Shown piece after piece: positions 49,745 through 58,338 of a stretch of DNA of 64,000 nt; position 1 is the first letter of the stretch, and each line of letters opens with the position of its first letter. The translations under genes and the position numbers were made by a program. The stretch spans positions 223,879 through 287,878 of the forward strand of contig NZ_JAVWVO010000003.1 in NCBI RefSeq assembly GCF_036666595.1, read 5' to 3'. The notes under the pieces are model-generated. The model ran no database searches and had not been told where the DNA came from. It worked only from the letters and a program-made list of their open reading frames with translations. The DNA is from Acinetobacter sp. Lineage in GTDB: Bacteria; Pseudomonadota; Gammaproteobacteria; Pseudomonadales; Moraxellaceae.

Positions 49745-51202
49745 TTAATTAACCTTTTCAACACCACGATCATCCACTTCACGCACCACACCCGAGTCTG
49801 TATTTAAAACCTCAAACTCAATACGACGGTTTTTAAACTTGCCTTCATCAGTTTGATTGTCTGCAATTGGCTTTTCTTGGCCATAGCCAATCGCTCTCAA
49901 CTGCGCAGGATCGACGCCTTTAAAAATTAAGTAATCCACCACCGCTTGTGCTCGATTTTGCGACAAGGTTTTATTGACTGCGGCATCTCCCGTTGCATCT
50001 GTATGCCCCATCACGGTCAGTTTGACTTGAGGTGCTTTTTGCATCAGCGCCGCGGCCTGATCCAAAATCGACTTATTGACATCAGGTATCGCCGATGAAG
50101 CTGTATCAAAGTTAATAATTTGCAAATTCAATGCCGTGGCAACGTCTAGTGCTCGAACTTGCTCAGGATTAATTTCTGCCAGTGCACGCTCAGCATCACT
50201 AATACTGGTATCCACGGCACGGTTTACATCCAGTGGTTGCTGAGTCACAACTGTCATATTACGCAGTAAAGGTTTAATTTGATTTGCCACTTTAAGTGCA
50301 TTGGCTGGATCTTGCGATTGAATCGATAACTGATTGCCAAACCATGTTAAATTTACATTCGGCACACCTTTCAATGCACTGATTACACTGGGTATCGCAT
50401 CTTGGTCGATAAATTCAGTGTGATACATACTCTGCATATCTGCACCACAGCCGATGCTGTTATTAAAAATTTGCTTTACTTCTTTTTGTAAAATTTCAAC
50501 ATAAGCCGCATTGGCTGAGAAAATCTGGCAAGTGACCAAGTCTCCTGTTGCCCCTGTGGTGATTTGAAACTTAGCGGGTTGGCTGGCATTCATATTTGCA
50601 GGAGGTGCTGTTTCAGTGGTGGCTTTGTCGGTACAGGCCCTAAAAATAAAAGCAAACAATGCCGCAAAAATAATTAAAGCCAAAATTGGGAGTAAAAATG
50701 ACCGTTTCTCATCTACTTTTGTGGCATGTACACTTGTAGGCGCGACATGTGTAGCCTGTCCTTGTAAGGTATTTACCCCCAAGCCAGCCAGTAATGCAGT
50801 TGCCCACTCAGGTAAGGCACGGCTAATTGAATCAGCGTTGACCTGTAGTAAATGGGAAATCGCTTCAGGTTCTGAAGAGCCTGCCTCAGTGGCTAAAAAT
50901 GCTAATGCAGGTGTAATCGAACGGCTCAAGGTACTTTCAATTTCATCTGCGGACGCTGCCCCGCGGACATGATCCAAAAACTGTTGCTTGAGACTGACAT
51001 TCGATGCAAAAGCATCATTGAGACGTGGATTCAACTGCTGTTGAAATGCAGGAATCAGTTCAGACTTTGACTTTAATATAGACAGTAAAATTGGTAAAAA
51101 GTATTGAATTGCTTGATTTTTTTCAAGTAAATGTTGTGTATCACCCTCTAAAACAATTGCAGAGACATTTTGTTTTAGTAAATTCATAAAATCGACATTC
51201 AT
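49745..51202 (-). CDS. OmpA/MotB-domain peptidoglycan-binding protein with central TM segment
   Basis: C-terminal OmpA-like motif GHTDATGDAAVNKTLSQNRAQAVVDYL...NRRIEFEV. One TM (LLPILALIIFAALFAFIF). N-terminal cytoplasmic domain of unknown family. Confidence 0.75.
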   Translation of the reverse strand: MNVDFMNLLKQNVSAIVLEGDTQHLLEKNQAIQYFLPILLSILKSKSELIPAFQQQLNPRLNDAFASNVSLKQQFLDHVRGAASADEIESTLSRSITPALAFLATEAGSSEPEAISHLLQVNADSISRALPEWATALLAGLGVNTLQGQATHVAPTSVHATKVDEKRSFLLPILALIIFAALFAFIFRACTDKATTETAPPANMNASQPAKFQITTGATGDLVTCQIFSANAAYVEILQKEVKQIFNNSIGCGADMQSMYHTEFIDQDAIPSVISALKGVPNVNLTWFGNQLSIQSQDPANALKVANQIKPLLRNMTVVTQQPLDVNRAVDTSISDAERALAEINPEQVRALDVATALNLQIINFDTASSAIPDVNKSILDQAAALMQKAPQVKLTVMGHTDATGDAAVNKTLSQNRAQAVVDYLIFKGVDPAQLRAIGYGQEKPIADNQTDEGKFKNRRIEFEVLNTDSGVVREVDDRGVEKVN

Positions 51203-51313
51203 GAAGTCTTACCCCACTTTTTCTCATTGTTTTCATCGTCATTTTTCAGTTTATCTATTCATTTTTTATACTTTGTAAAATATTGTATTTGCATCAGTTT
51301 TACCTAGGCCCAA

Positions 51314-51342
51314 TAAAAAAGCCAGCCGAAGCTGACTTTTTA
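51314..51342 (-). terminator. Intrinsic terminator after the pyrC-like gene
   Basis: On the minus strand: aagtcagc-ttcg-gctggctt followed by ttttatt. Confidence 0.7.
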
Positions 51343-51362
51343 ATCCACATTTAATGTAATGT

Positions 51363-52598
51363 TTAAGCTGCAAAAATTTTTAGAACTTTTCCTTTCACCA
51401 CTTGATTGATTAAAGGTGTATTTTTACCTTGCGACAAAATATTGTCTTTATTTACAATCCAGTCTAACTCAGGATCAACCAATACCCAGCCTGCTTCAGC
51501 AGTCCAACGTTCAAGCATATTGGCTACCGTTGCTGGTGCAATCGTGACTTTTTCGACCCATTCCAAAGGGCTAAATAAACCTTCACGCACCAATTGCACA
51601 CCGAAAGCTACATAGGTATCAAAAGCGGTAATACCTGGCTGTGTTTCAGCAAATGGTGCTAGCTTTGCAGAGCTGCTCAGCGGTTCGTGATGCGTACAAA
51701 TCGCGTCGATCACGCCACTTTTCACACCTTGGCGAAGGAGCTCTTTATCCAACTCAGCACGTAGTGGTGGACGGACATGTGCAAGTGAGTTGAAGCCATC
51801 AATCAGCTGATCTGTTAAATGCAACTGATGCATTGCTACATCGCATGTGACTGGCAGGCCTTTATCTTTAGCGATTTTGATCAAATCGACAGAAGCACCT
51901 GTAGACAATAAGCCAAAGTGAGCACGAACACCCGTCGCTTCAATCATTAACAAATACTTGGCAATCGCAATAGTTTCAGCAATCGCAGGGATAGTCGGTA
52001 ACCCCTGACGCGATGCCACAAAACCTTCATGGACACAGCCATCTTTGGCAATTTGCGGTTCTTCGGCATAAAACACTACAGTCATATCAAGACCTGCTGC
52101 GTATTCTAAAGTGCGCAGCACCACATCATCGTCTGCAAAAGGCGCATTGGCATTTGAAACGGCTGTACAACCGCCCTTTTTGAGACTCGCCATATTTGCA
52201 GGTTGGTTGCCTTGTAAACCTTGGGTCTGAGCACCAATCACTTCAAGATAAATACCGCCATCCAGCATTGCTTTTTCCATCAGACCATGAATCAAAGCAC
52301 CATTGTCTTGCACAATCGGTTTTGAGTCTGGTGGTGTAAACACATGCAAAATACCATTTTCACGCGCAGCACGACCTTCTGATTTTAATGTCCCGTGCTG
52401 TTGCTGACCTGGCTCACGTAAACGTGCACATAAGTCCACCATGGTTGGCATCAACCACTTGCCTTGACCATCAATGGTTTCAGTGACATTGGCTGTTTCA
52501 GCAACCAACTTGCCATTTTCCACATAAACCGTTTGAACCGTATCTGTTTGATGAATTGGGTCAAGAACACGTACATTTTCAATTTTTACCACAGTCAT
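51363..52598 (-). CDS. Dihydroorotase-like protein, predicted non-catalytic (PyrC-prime type ATCase partner)
   Basis: Amidohydrolase-fold DHOase-like sequence 10 nt downstream of pyrB. The position of the DxHxH zinc motif reads DLCARLREPG, so the His-x-His is absent. Confidence 0.75.
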   Translation of the reverse strand: MTVVKIENVRVLDPIHQTDTVQTVYVENGKLVAETANVTETIDGQGKWLMPTMVDLCARLREPGQQQHGTLKSEGRAARENGILHVFTPPDSKPIVQDNGALIHGLMEKAMLDGGIYLEVIGAQTQGLQGNQPANMASLKKGGCTAVSNANAPFADDDVVLRTLEYAAGLDMTVVFYAEEPQIAKDGCVHEGFVASRQGLPTIPAIAETIAIAKYLLMIEATGVRAHFGLLSTGASVDLIKIAKDKGLPVTCDVAMHQLHLTDQLIDGFNSLAHVRPPLRAELDKELLRQGVKSGVIDAICTHHEPLSSSAKLAPFAETQPGITAFDTYVAFGVQLVREGLFSPLEWVEKVTIAPATVANMLERWTAEAGWVLVDPELDWIVNKDNILSQGKNTPLINQVVKGKVLKIFAA

Positions 52599-52608
52599 GA
52601 CTTATTCC

Positions 52609-53625
52609 TTATCCAGCAATCGCGTCTAACAAACCTTGCTCTTGCAGTTGACCTTGCATTGCAAGCGCCAAAACTGCCATACGTACAGCAATCCCATTGG
52701 TCACCTGATTTAAAATCACAGACTGTGGACCATCGGCAATACTAGAATCAATCTCTACACCACGGTTCATTGGCCCCGGATGCATCACGATGCAATCAGG
52801 TTTTGCCATTGCAAGACGTTCTTTGTTTAAACCGTACATTTTGTAGAATTCAGCTTGAGATGACAGCGCAGGCGAATCAATACGTTCATTTTGAATCCGT
52901 AAAGTAATAATCACGTCGCAGTCTTGAATCCCCGCTTCCATGTTATTAAATAAACGTACGCCTTCACCGTATTCATCAAAACCATATGGCAGCAGTGTGT
53001 TCGGTGCAATTACGCGAATGTCTTTACAGCCCAATGTTTGTAATGCAGCAACGTCTGAGCGCGCCACGCGTGAATGTTTAATATCACCAATAATGGCAAT
53101 TGAAATATCTTCAAATTTCTTTTTGGTTTCACGGCGAATGGTCAGCATGTCCAACATAGCTTGTGTTGGATGTGCATGACGGCCATCACCTGCATTGATA
53201 ATTGCGACATGCGGACAAACGGTTTGGGCAATAAAATGTGCCGCACCCGACGAAGAATGACGTACCACAAAAATATCCGCAGCCATCGCTTCTAAGTTCC
53301 ATAAAGTGTCTCTGAGCGTCTCCCCTTTGGAAGTACTTGAACGTGCGATATCAATATTTAATACATTTGCAGAAAGGCGTTTTGCCGCTGCTTCAAAAGT
53401 GGTACGAGTACGGGTTGAGTTTTCAAAGAAAAGATTCATTACCGTTCGACCTTCTAAGAGGTTGTTGGTAATCAGCTGATTTTGGTCATTAAAAAAGGAC
53501 TGCGCGGTGTCCAATATTTTTGTAAGAGTTTCTTTAGAAAGACCTTCGATGGTGAGGAAGTGTTTGAGATGACCATCTTGGTTGAGTTGAATCTGACTCG
53601 GAGTATGCAATGCTGCCAAGTGCAT
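52609..53625 (-). CDS. pyrB: Aspartate carbamoyltransferase catalytic subunit
   Basis: [17 protein letters not shown] motifs. 338 aa. Confidence 0.95.
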   Translation of the reverse strand: MHLAALHTPSQIQLNQDGHLKHFLTIEGLSKETLTKILDTAQSFFNDQNQLITNNLLEGRTVMNLFFENSTRTRTTFEAAAKRLSANVLNIDIARSSTSKGETLRDTLWNLEAMAADIFVVRHSSSGAAHFIAQTVCPHVAIINAGDGRHAHPTQAMLDMLTIRRETKKKFEDISIAIIGDIKHSRVARSDVAALQTLGCKDIRVIAPNTLLPYGFDEYGEGVRLFNNMEAGIQDCDVIITLRIQNERIDSPALSSQAEFYKMYGLNKERLAMAKPDCIVMHPGPMNRGVEIDSSIADGPQSVILNQVTNGIAVRMAVLALAMQGQLQEQGLLDAIAG

Positions 53626-53871
53626 GAGAGATTCCTTGTACGTTAAGTTAACGCATTATACAGATTTTCTTTTTGATTTGGACCTCAGTTTAAAACAATT
53701 GCCTTAATTATCATCGGCTTCAAAACTAAGATTATGAAATTCTTATCTATTATTTCAACCAGTTAAATTAAACCATTAAAGGCTAAATTAGCCAAATTCA
53801 GAGTTCATCAAATTGCTATAAATATCAATTCTATAGAGTTTCTTATCTCATTTACCCCAAGCGAACATTTT

Positions 53872-53892
53872 AAAAAGCTCTCTTGCGAGAGC
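53872..53892 (-). terminator. Intrinsic terminator after the 117-aa ORF
   Basis: On the minus strand: gctctc-gcaa-gagagc followed by ttttta. Confidence 0.6.
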
Positions 53893-53911
53893 AGTCCAAC
53901 TTCAGCCATTC

Positions 53912-54265
53912 TTATCGTAAAGCGCCAATATAGTGATGTGACACTTGGGCACGGTAGATTTCTTCTTCAGTGGCTTCCAACTCATGTCGTGTCGTGTCGA
54001 CCTGTTTAGGTTTTTCGATCACGGCGGTTTCTTCATAGTTAAAAACATCCATGACACTGTCTAAACGACTCACCAATCGAATCAGTTCAGCATCTTCTGT
54101 ACTTAAAGCAAGCTCTGCCATCTGACGTGCATAACTTGGATTTTCCACCAAATACATCACATCAATTACACGCCCCGATACACGGCGCAGACGTGCATAA
54201 AGTAAAGTTGCAATTGAAAAAGCATCAGCATGACTTACAACACCGCGATCTAACTTGGTCGACAT
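53912..54265 (-). CDS. Hypothetical cytoplasmic protein (117-119 aa)
   Basis: Clean ORF with AAAGGGG Shine-Dalgarno sequence and its own terminator. No motif recognised. Confidence 0.5.
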   Translation of the reverse strand: MSTKLDRGVVSHADAFSIATLLYARLRRVSGRVIDVMYLVENPSYARQMAELALSTEDAELIRLVSRLDSVMDVFNYEETAVIEKPKQVDTTRHELEATEEEIYRAQVSHHYIGALR

Positions 54266-54496
54266 ATTCATCCCCTTTCAAGTGAAAAATATTTACTGAC
54301 GATCTAGTAGAAATCAGTCAGCAAATTAAACTTGTAAGGATTTAGCAAAATACGTACCAAAAACGTTATTGTTCACATGGTGATTCATTTATTTTGATAT
54401 TTCCGCTGAGTAGAAGCATATTTAAAAAACCATTCAGAGGCAAAATACGTTAAACTTTAGCGAGTTTATTTTGTTTTATTTTGGTCTCTCAAATTT

Positions 54497-56701
54497 ATGA
54501 AAACCGCTTCGCGTTTAAGCAGCTATTGGGTTACGTGTGCCGATGGCTTAGAAACCTTACTCCAAGAAGAATTAGAAGGTTTAGGTGTTCAAAACATTGA
54601 ACGTTTTCCTGGGCGTTTAGTTTTCAAAGGTACACTGGAACACGCCTATCGCATTTGTATGTGGTCGCGTCTTGCGTCGCGTGTACTCACACCAATTCAT
54701 GTCCATGAGCTGGAATTTAGCCATGACGCACGTGATGTTGCTGAAGAGCTCTACGAAGGTGCAATGAACTTTGATTGGTCGCTGATTTTTGCACCACAAA
54801 GCACCTTCGCCGTTCGTTTACATATTGAACGTGAAATCAAGGTGAACAGCCAGTTTGCAACTTTACGTGTAAAAGACGGTATCGTGGATTCATTCATGGA
54901 AGCTGTCGGTAAGCGTCCAAGTATTGATATTAAGCAACCTGAAATTACCATTTATGCACTCGCAGGAAAAACTGAACACACCTACTGTTTAGACTTATCT
55001 GGTGATTCACTGCATAAACGTGGCTACCGTCGTTATATGACCGATGCCCCAATTAAAGAAAACTTAGCCGCTGCGATTTTACAAAAAGCCAAGCTCCTTG
55101 CAAAAAGACCCGATATTTTCCTTGACCCAATGTGTGGTTCAGGGACGTTCATTATTGAAGCATTAATGATGCTGACTGACCGCGCACCTGGTTTAGTTCG
55201 TCGTTTCGGTTTCAATGGCTGGAATGGCCATGACCATGATCTGTGGATGAGCATTAAAGCGGAAGCAGCTGAACGTCATCAAACAGCATTAGAACAACCG
55301 CTTCCTAAGTTCTACGCATTTGATGCAGACTGGGAAGCAGTAAAAGCCACCAAGCAAAACATTATTGCTGCGGGTTTTGAGCGCCTACTAGACCAGATCC
55401 AAATCGAAGAACGTACTTTGGCAGACTGGCCAAACTTTGAAGCCGAAGGCAAAACAGCCTTTATTGTGACCAATCCTCCTTATGGTGAGCGTTTGGGTGA
55501 TAAAGCATCAAACCGTGCTTTATATTTAGGCTTGTCCGCATTACTGCAAAAGAACTTCCCAAATCAGACCGCAGCGGTTATCGCAGCAGCCGTTGAGCAA
55601 GCCGATGTATTGGCGCTGAATGACCCACAAACCATGCGTTTGATGAATGGTAAACTCCCTATTTACGTGCGTTCAGGTTCAGTTAAACCTGTTGCAGTAG
55701 TCAAACCGTTCTTGGAAACTTGGCAGCCACAACAGTTTGAGGCGATTGAAGGTGCTGAAGACTTTGCCAACCGTTTGCAAAAAAATATACAGACCTTAAA
55801 AAAATGGGCTGTGAAAGAAAGCATTCACTGTTTACGTCTATATGATGCTGACCTCCCTGACTTTAATGTCGCGGTTGATTTGTATGGCGAACGCTTACAT
55901 GTACAAGAATATGCGCCACCGAAAACAATCGATCCTGAAAAAGCCAAGAAACGTTTCAACCTTGCTTTACAGGCAATTCGTGCAGTAACTGGTCTTGGTC
56001 GTGACGCAATCTTTATCAAAACGCGTGCTCGCCAAGAAGGTAAAACTCAATATACCAAGCAAAGTACTGCTTCTAAGCGTTTTATCGTGCAGGAAGGCAA
56101 AGCGAAAATTTTAGTCAATCTAACCGATTACTTAGATACCGGCTTGTTCTTAGACCACCGTCAAATGCGTTTACGCATTGCACAAGAAGTGCGTGGTAAG
56201 CACTTCTTGAACCTGTATAGCTATACCTCTACAGCCAGCTTACATGCAGCTTTAGGCGGTGCGGCAAGTACCACCAGCGTCGATCTTTCAAATACATATT
56301 TGAACTGGTCTAAAGAGAACTTCGTCTTAAACGGCTTAACGGTCGATCATGCCGATGAACAACATCAGTTCTTTGCCAGCGACTGTTTTGAGTGGTTAAA
56401 AGAAGGTCATGAACAGTATGAGCTGATCTTTATTGACCCACCAACCTTCTCAAACTCGAAGAAATTCTACGGTACCTTTGACGTACAACGCGACCATTTA
56501 TCATTGCTTAAACGTGCAATGAACCGTTTAACCACGGACGGTACTTTGTACTTCTCAAACAACTACCGTGGTTTTGAAATGGACGAAGAAATTTTGGCGT
56601 TCTTTGATGTCGAAGAAATTACCAATGAAACTATTGGGCCTGATTTCAAGCGCAATCAAAAAATCCACCGTGCGTGGAAAATTACCCATCCAAAAAACTA
56701 A
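54497..56701 (+). CDS. rlmL: Bifunctional 23S rRNA m2G2445 / m7G2069 methyltransferase RlmKL
   Basis: 734 aa. THUMP-like N-terminus, DPMCGSGT and NPPYGER motifs (RlmL half), second SAM-MTase half with DPPTFS. Confidence 0.92.
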   Translation: MKTASRLSSYWVTCADGLETLLQEELEGLGVQNIERFPGRLVFKGTLEHAYRICMWSRLASRVLTPIHVHELEFSHDARDVAEELYEGAMNFDWSLIFAPQSTFAVRLHIEREIKVNSQFATLRVKDGIVDSFMEAVGKRPSIDIKQPEITIYALAGKTEHTYCLDLSGDSLHKRGYRRYMTDAPIKENLAAAILQKAKLLAKRPDIFLDPMCGSGTFIIEALMMLTDRAPGLVRRFGFNGWNGHDHDLWMSIKAEAAERHQTALEQPLPKFYAFDADWEAVKATKQNIIAAGFERLLDQIQIEERTLADWPNFEAEGKTAFIVTNPPYGERLGDKASNRALYLGLSALLQKNFPNQTAAVIAAAVEQADVLALNDPQTMRLMNGKLPIYVRSGSVKPVAVVKPFLETWQPQQFEAIEGAEDFANRLQKNIQTLKKWAVKESIHCLRLYDADLPDFNVAVDLYGERLHVQEYAPPKTIDPEKAKKRFNLALQAIRAVTGLGRDAIFIKTRARQEGKTQYTKQSTASKRFIVQEGKAKILVNLTDYLDTGLFLDHRQMRLRIAQEVRGKHFLNLYSYTSTASLHAALGGAASTTSVDLSNTYLNWSKENFVLNGLTVDHADEQHQFFASDCFEWLKEGHEQYELIFIDPPTFSNSKKFYGTFDVQRDHLSLLKRAMNRLTTDGTLYFSNNYRGFEMDEEILAFFDVEEITNETIGPDFKRNQKIHRAWKITHPKN

Positions 56702-56707
56702 TGCACT

Positions 56708-56739
56708 GAAGATGAAATACCCGCTGGCATTTCATCTTC
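56708..56739 (+). other. Perfect 11-bp stem-loop immediately after the rlmL stop, with no T-tract
   Basis: gaagatgaaat-(10 nt loop)-atttcatcttc. Confidence 0.5.
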
Positions 56740-56770
56740 GCTAAATTTGCATTAGACAATTTTCAGATAT

Positions 56771-56800
56771 AAAAAAGGGACGAAATGCGTCCCTTTTTTA
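56771..56800. terminator. Bidirectional intrinsic terminator between rlmL and the DUF945 gene
   Basis: aaaaaagggacg-aaat-gcgtccctttttta. Confidence 0.8.
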
Positions 56801-56824
56801 TATGTTATACCATCATATTTTGCA

Positions 56825-58111
56825 TTATTCAGTCAGGAAATTGGTTTGCCCATATTTGTAATCAACTGACATTTTCATGACATTCCCTTCACGTTTCACC
56901 TGCCCTGAACTCTGCATCGTCGAAAGCATGGTTTCGATCTCTTGATCAGACATGCTGATGCCACCTTTTTGCAGATAATTATTCATGATGCGCGAGATCA
57001 TATTTTTATCAAACTGAACATCTGCTTTGTATTCCATTAAACTTGGCATCATTTTTACCATACCCATCACCGTCGATTGATGACTCGGCATAATACGCCC
57101 CGTCACATTCGCCTGCGCAACACCTTCCCCAATAGCAAATTGGTTCTCTTTGGATTCAAAACGGAAACCTTCATTGATCACTGCCAATAAAGCAGGCTCC
57201 ATATCTTTTTCCATTGCCTCTTTTGCCAAACAACTGTTTTCACTTTTCGCCAAAATATCAAACAGCGTCTGTAATTTTTGTCGGTTTACATCGAGCACAT
57301 TAAAATTAAACTGTACGTTTTGGACAGCGGGCGCTGAAGGCATTTTCATTTCATCTAGACGCAACAACATTTCAGTATTTACAACTCGGTCTGTCAGCTC
57401 ACTTTGTGTTTCTATACTAAAATTCTTCAGTTCGGCATTGGTTGGTTTATTGATATCACGATCTGACATTTTCAGCAGATCCATCTGAATTTTGGTTTCA
57501 CCCGCCTCAAGATATTCACCATTCAACCCTTGGTTACTTTCTAACTTTAGCCCCACCATTTGCAAATGTATATTTGGATCGGTGACTGTTAAATTCGGAA
57601 TTTCAAGCTGCAAATCCAGTATCTTTAGCTGTTGTTCGATCGGTTTTGCACGAAACTTTAATGTCATCGGGTCCAATCTAGACTGAAGTTGAGCTTCATT
57701 GCGAGTAATCACTGGCGTAGTCAAAGTACTATTCAAAGTCCCTAACCAGTTCACTTTGCTTTGTACTTTAAGCGGCTCCTTCAACAAGGACTGAAGTGCA
57801 CCAGGTGCTTGAGTAATGTTAATATCTGAACGAATCGCATATCCATTCCAACTCCGTTGAATATGATCCTGCCCCTTCAATTGAATCACTTCTTTCGGTT
57901 TGCATGGGTCTAGTACTAATTCAGCGGTCCAGTTCGCACTGCCATTTAAAGCCCCCATGTGAAATTGTTGATATTGCAACTTTAAATCATTCGACTGTTT
58001 GGTGCTGTGTTGATAATAAGCCTTCAAGCTTTTATCCGCATAAAGATTACCCCCTACTGCGACCACAGCAAGCGTAAGTACGCCTCCAATACCCCACTTC
58101 AATTGAGTCAT
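56825..58111 (-). CDS. DUF945 (YdgA-like) envelope protein
   Basis: N-terminal anchor WGIGGVLTLAVVAVGGNLYADK resembles E. coli YdgA's N-terminus. 428 aa. Confidence 0.6.
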   Translation of the reverse strand: MTQLKWGIGGVLTLAVVAVGGNLYADKSLKAYYQHSTKQSNDLKLQYQQFHMGALNGSANWTAELVLDPCKPKEVIQLKGQDHIQRSWNGYAIRSDINITQAPGALQSLLKEPLKVQSKVNWLGTLNSTLTTPVITRNEAQLQSRLDPMTLKFRAKPIEQQLKILDLQLEIPNLTVTDPNIHLQMVGLKLESNQGLNGEYLEAGETKIQMDLLKMSDRDINKPTNAELKNFSIETQSELTDRVVNTEMLLRLDEMKMPSAPAVQNVQFNFNVLDVNRQKLQTLFDILAKSENSCLAKEAMEKDMEPALLAVINEGFRFESKENQFAIGEGVAQANVTGRIMPSHQSTVMGMVKMMPSLMEYKADVQFDKNMISRIMNNYLQKGGISMSDQEIETMLSTMQSSGQVKREGNVMKMSVDYKYGQTNFLTE

Positions 58112-58287
58112 TTCTTCTATCTCAAGTTGTTTGTTTTTTATTAAAATAAATTATAAAGAGAATCTTCAAATAAAGATAATTGTTTTGCAAATAAATCACT
58201 TAGATGCCATACCCATCACATAAATGTGAAAACTTACGTCACATTTTTGCTTAAAAGTGTCATCTTTTAACATTTCTATCCCGCAAT

Positions 58288-58314
58288 AAAAACCCAGCCG
58301 AAGCTGGGTTTTTT
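58288..58314 (-). terminator. Intrinsic terminator after clpB
   Basis: On the minus strand: aacccagc-ttcg-gctgggtt followed by tttttatt. Confidence 0.8.
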
Positions 58315-58338
58315 AGTTTCAATGAACCGTTTAAATGA

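Noticed and set aside
51314-51342. The terminators at 51314..51342 and 58288..58314 share the core cagccgaagctg, which might suggest a repeat family (REP/MITE).
   Set aside because: The shared part is only a short GC stem with a GAAG/TTCG-type tetraloop, a common stable hairpin solution. The flanks differ and there are only two copies in 64 kb.
56708-56739. The 11-bp perfect stem-loop right after rlmL, considered as an independent regulatory RNA element.
   Set aside because: It is most simply the first of two tandem 3'-end hairpins, which would stabilise the mRNA. The canonical terminator follows at 56771..56800.
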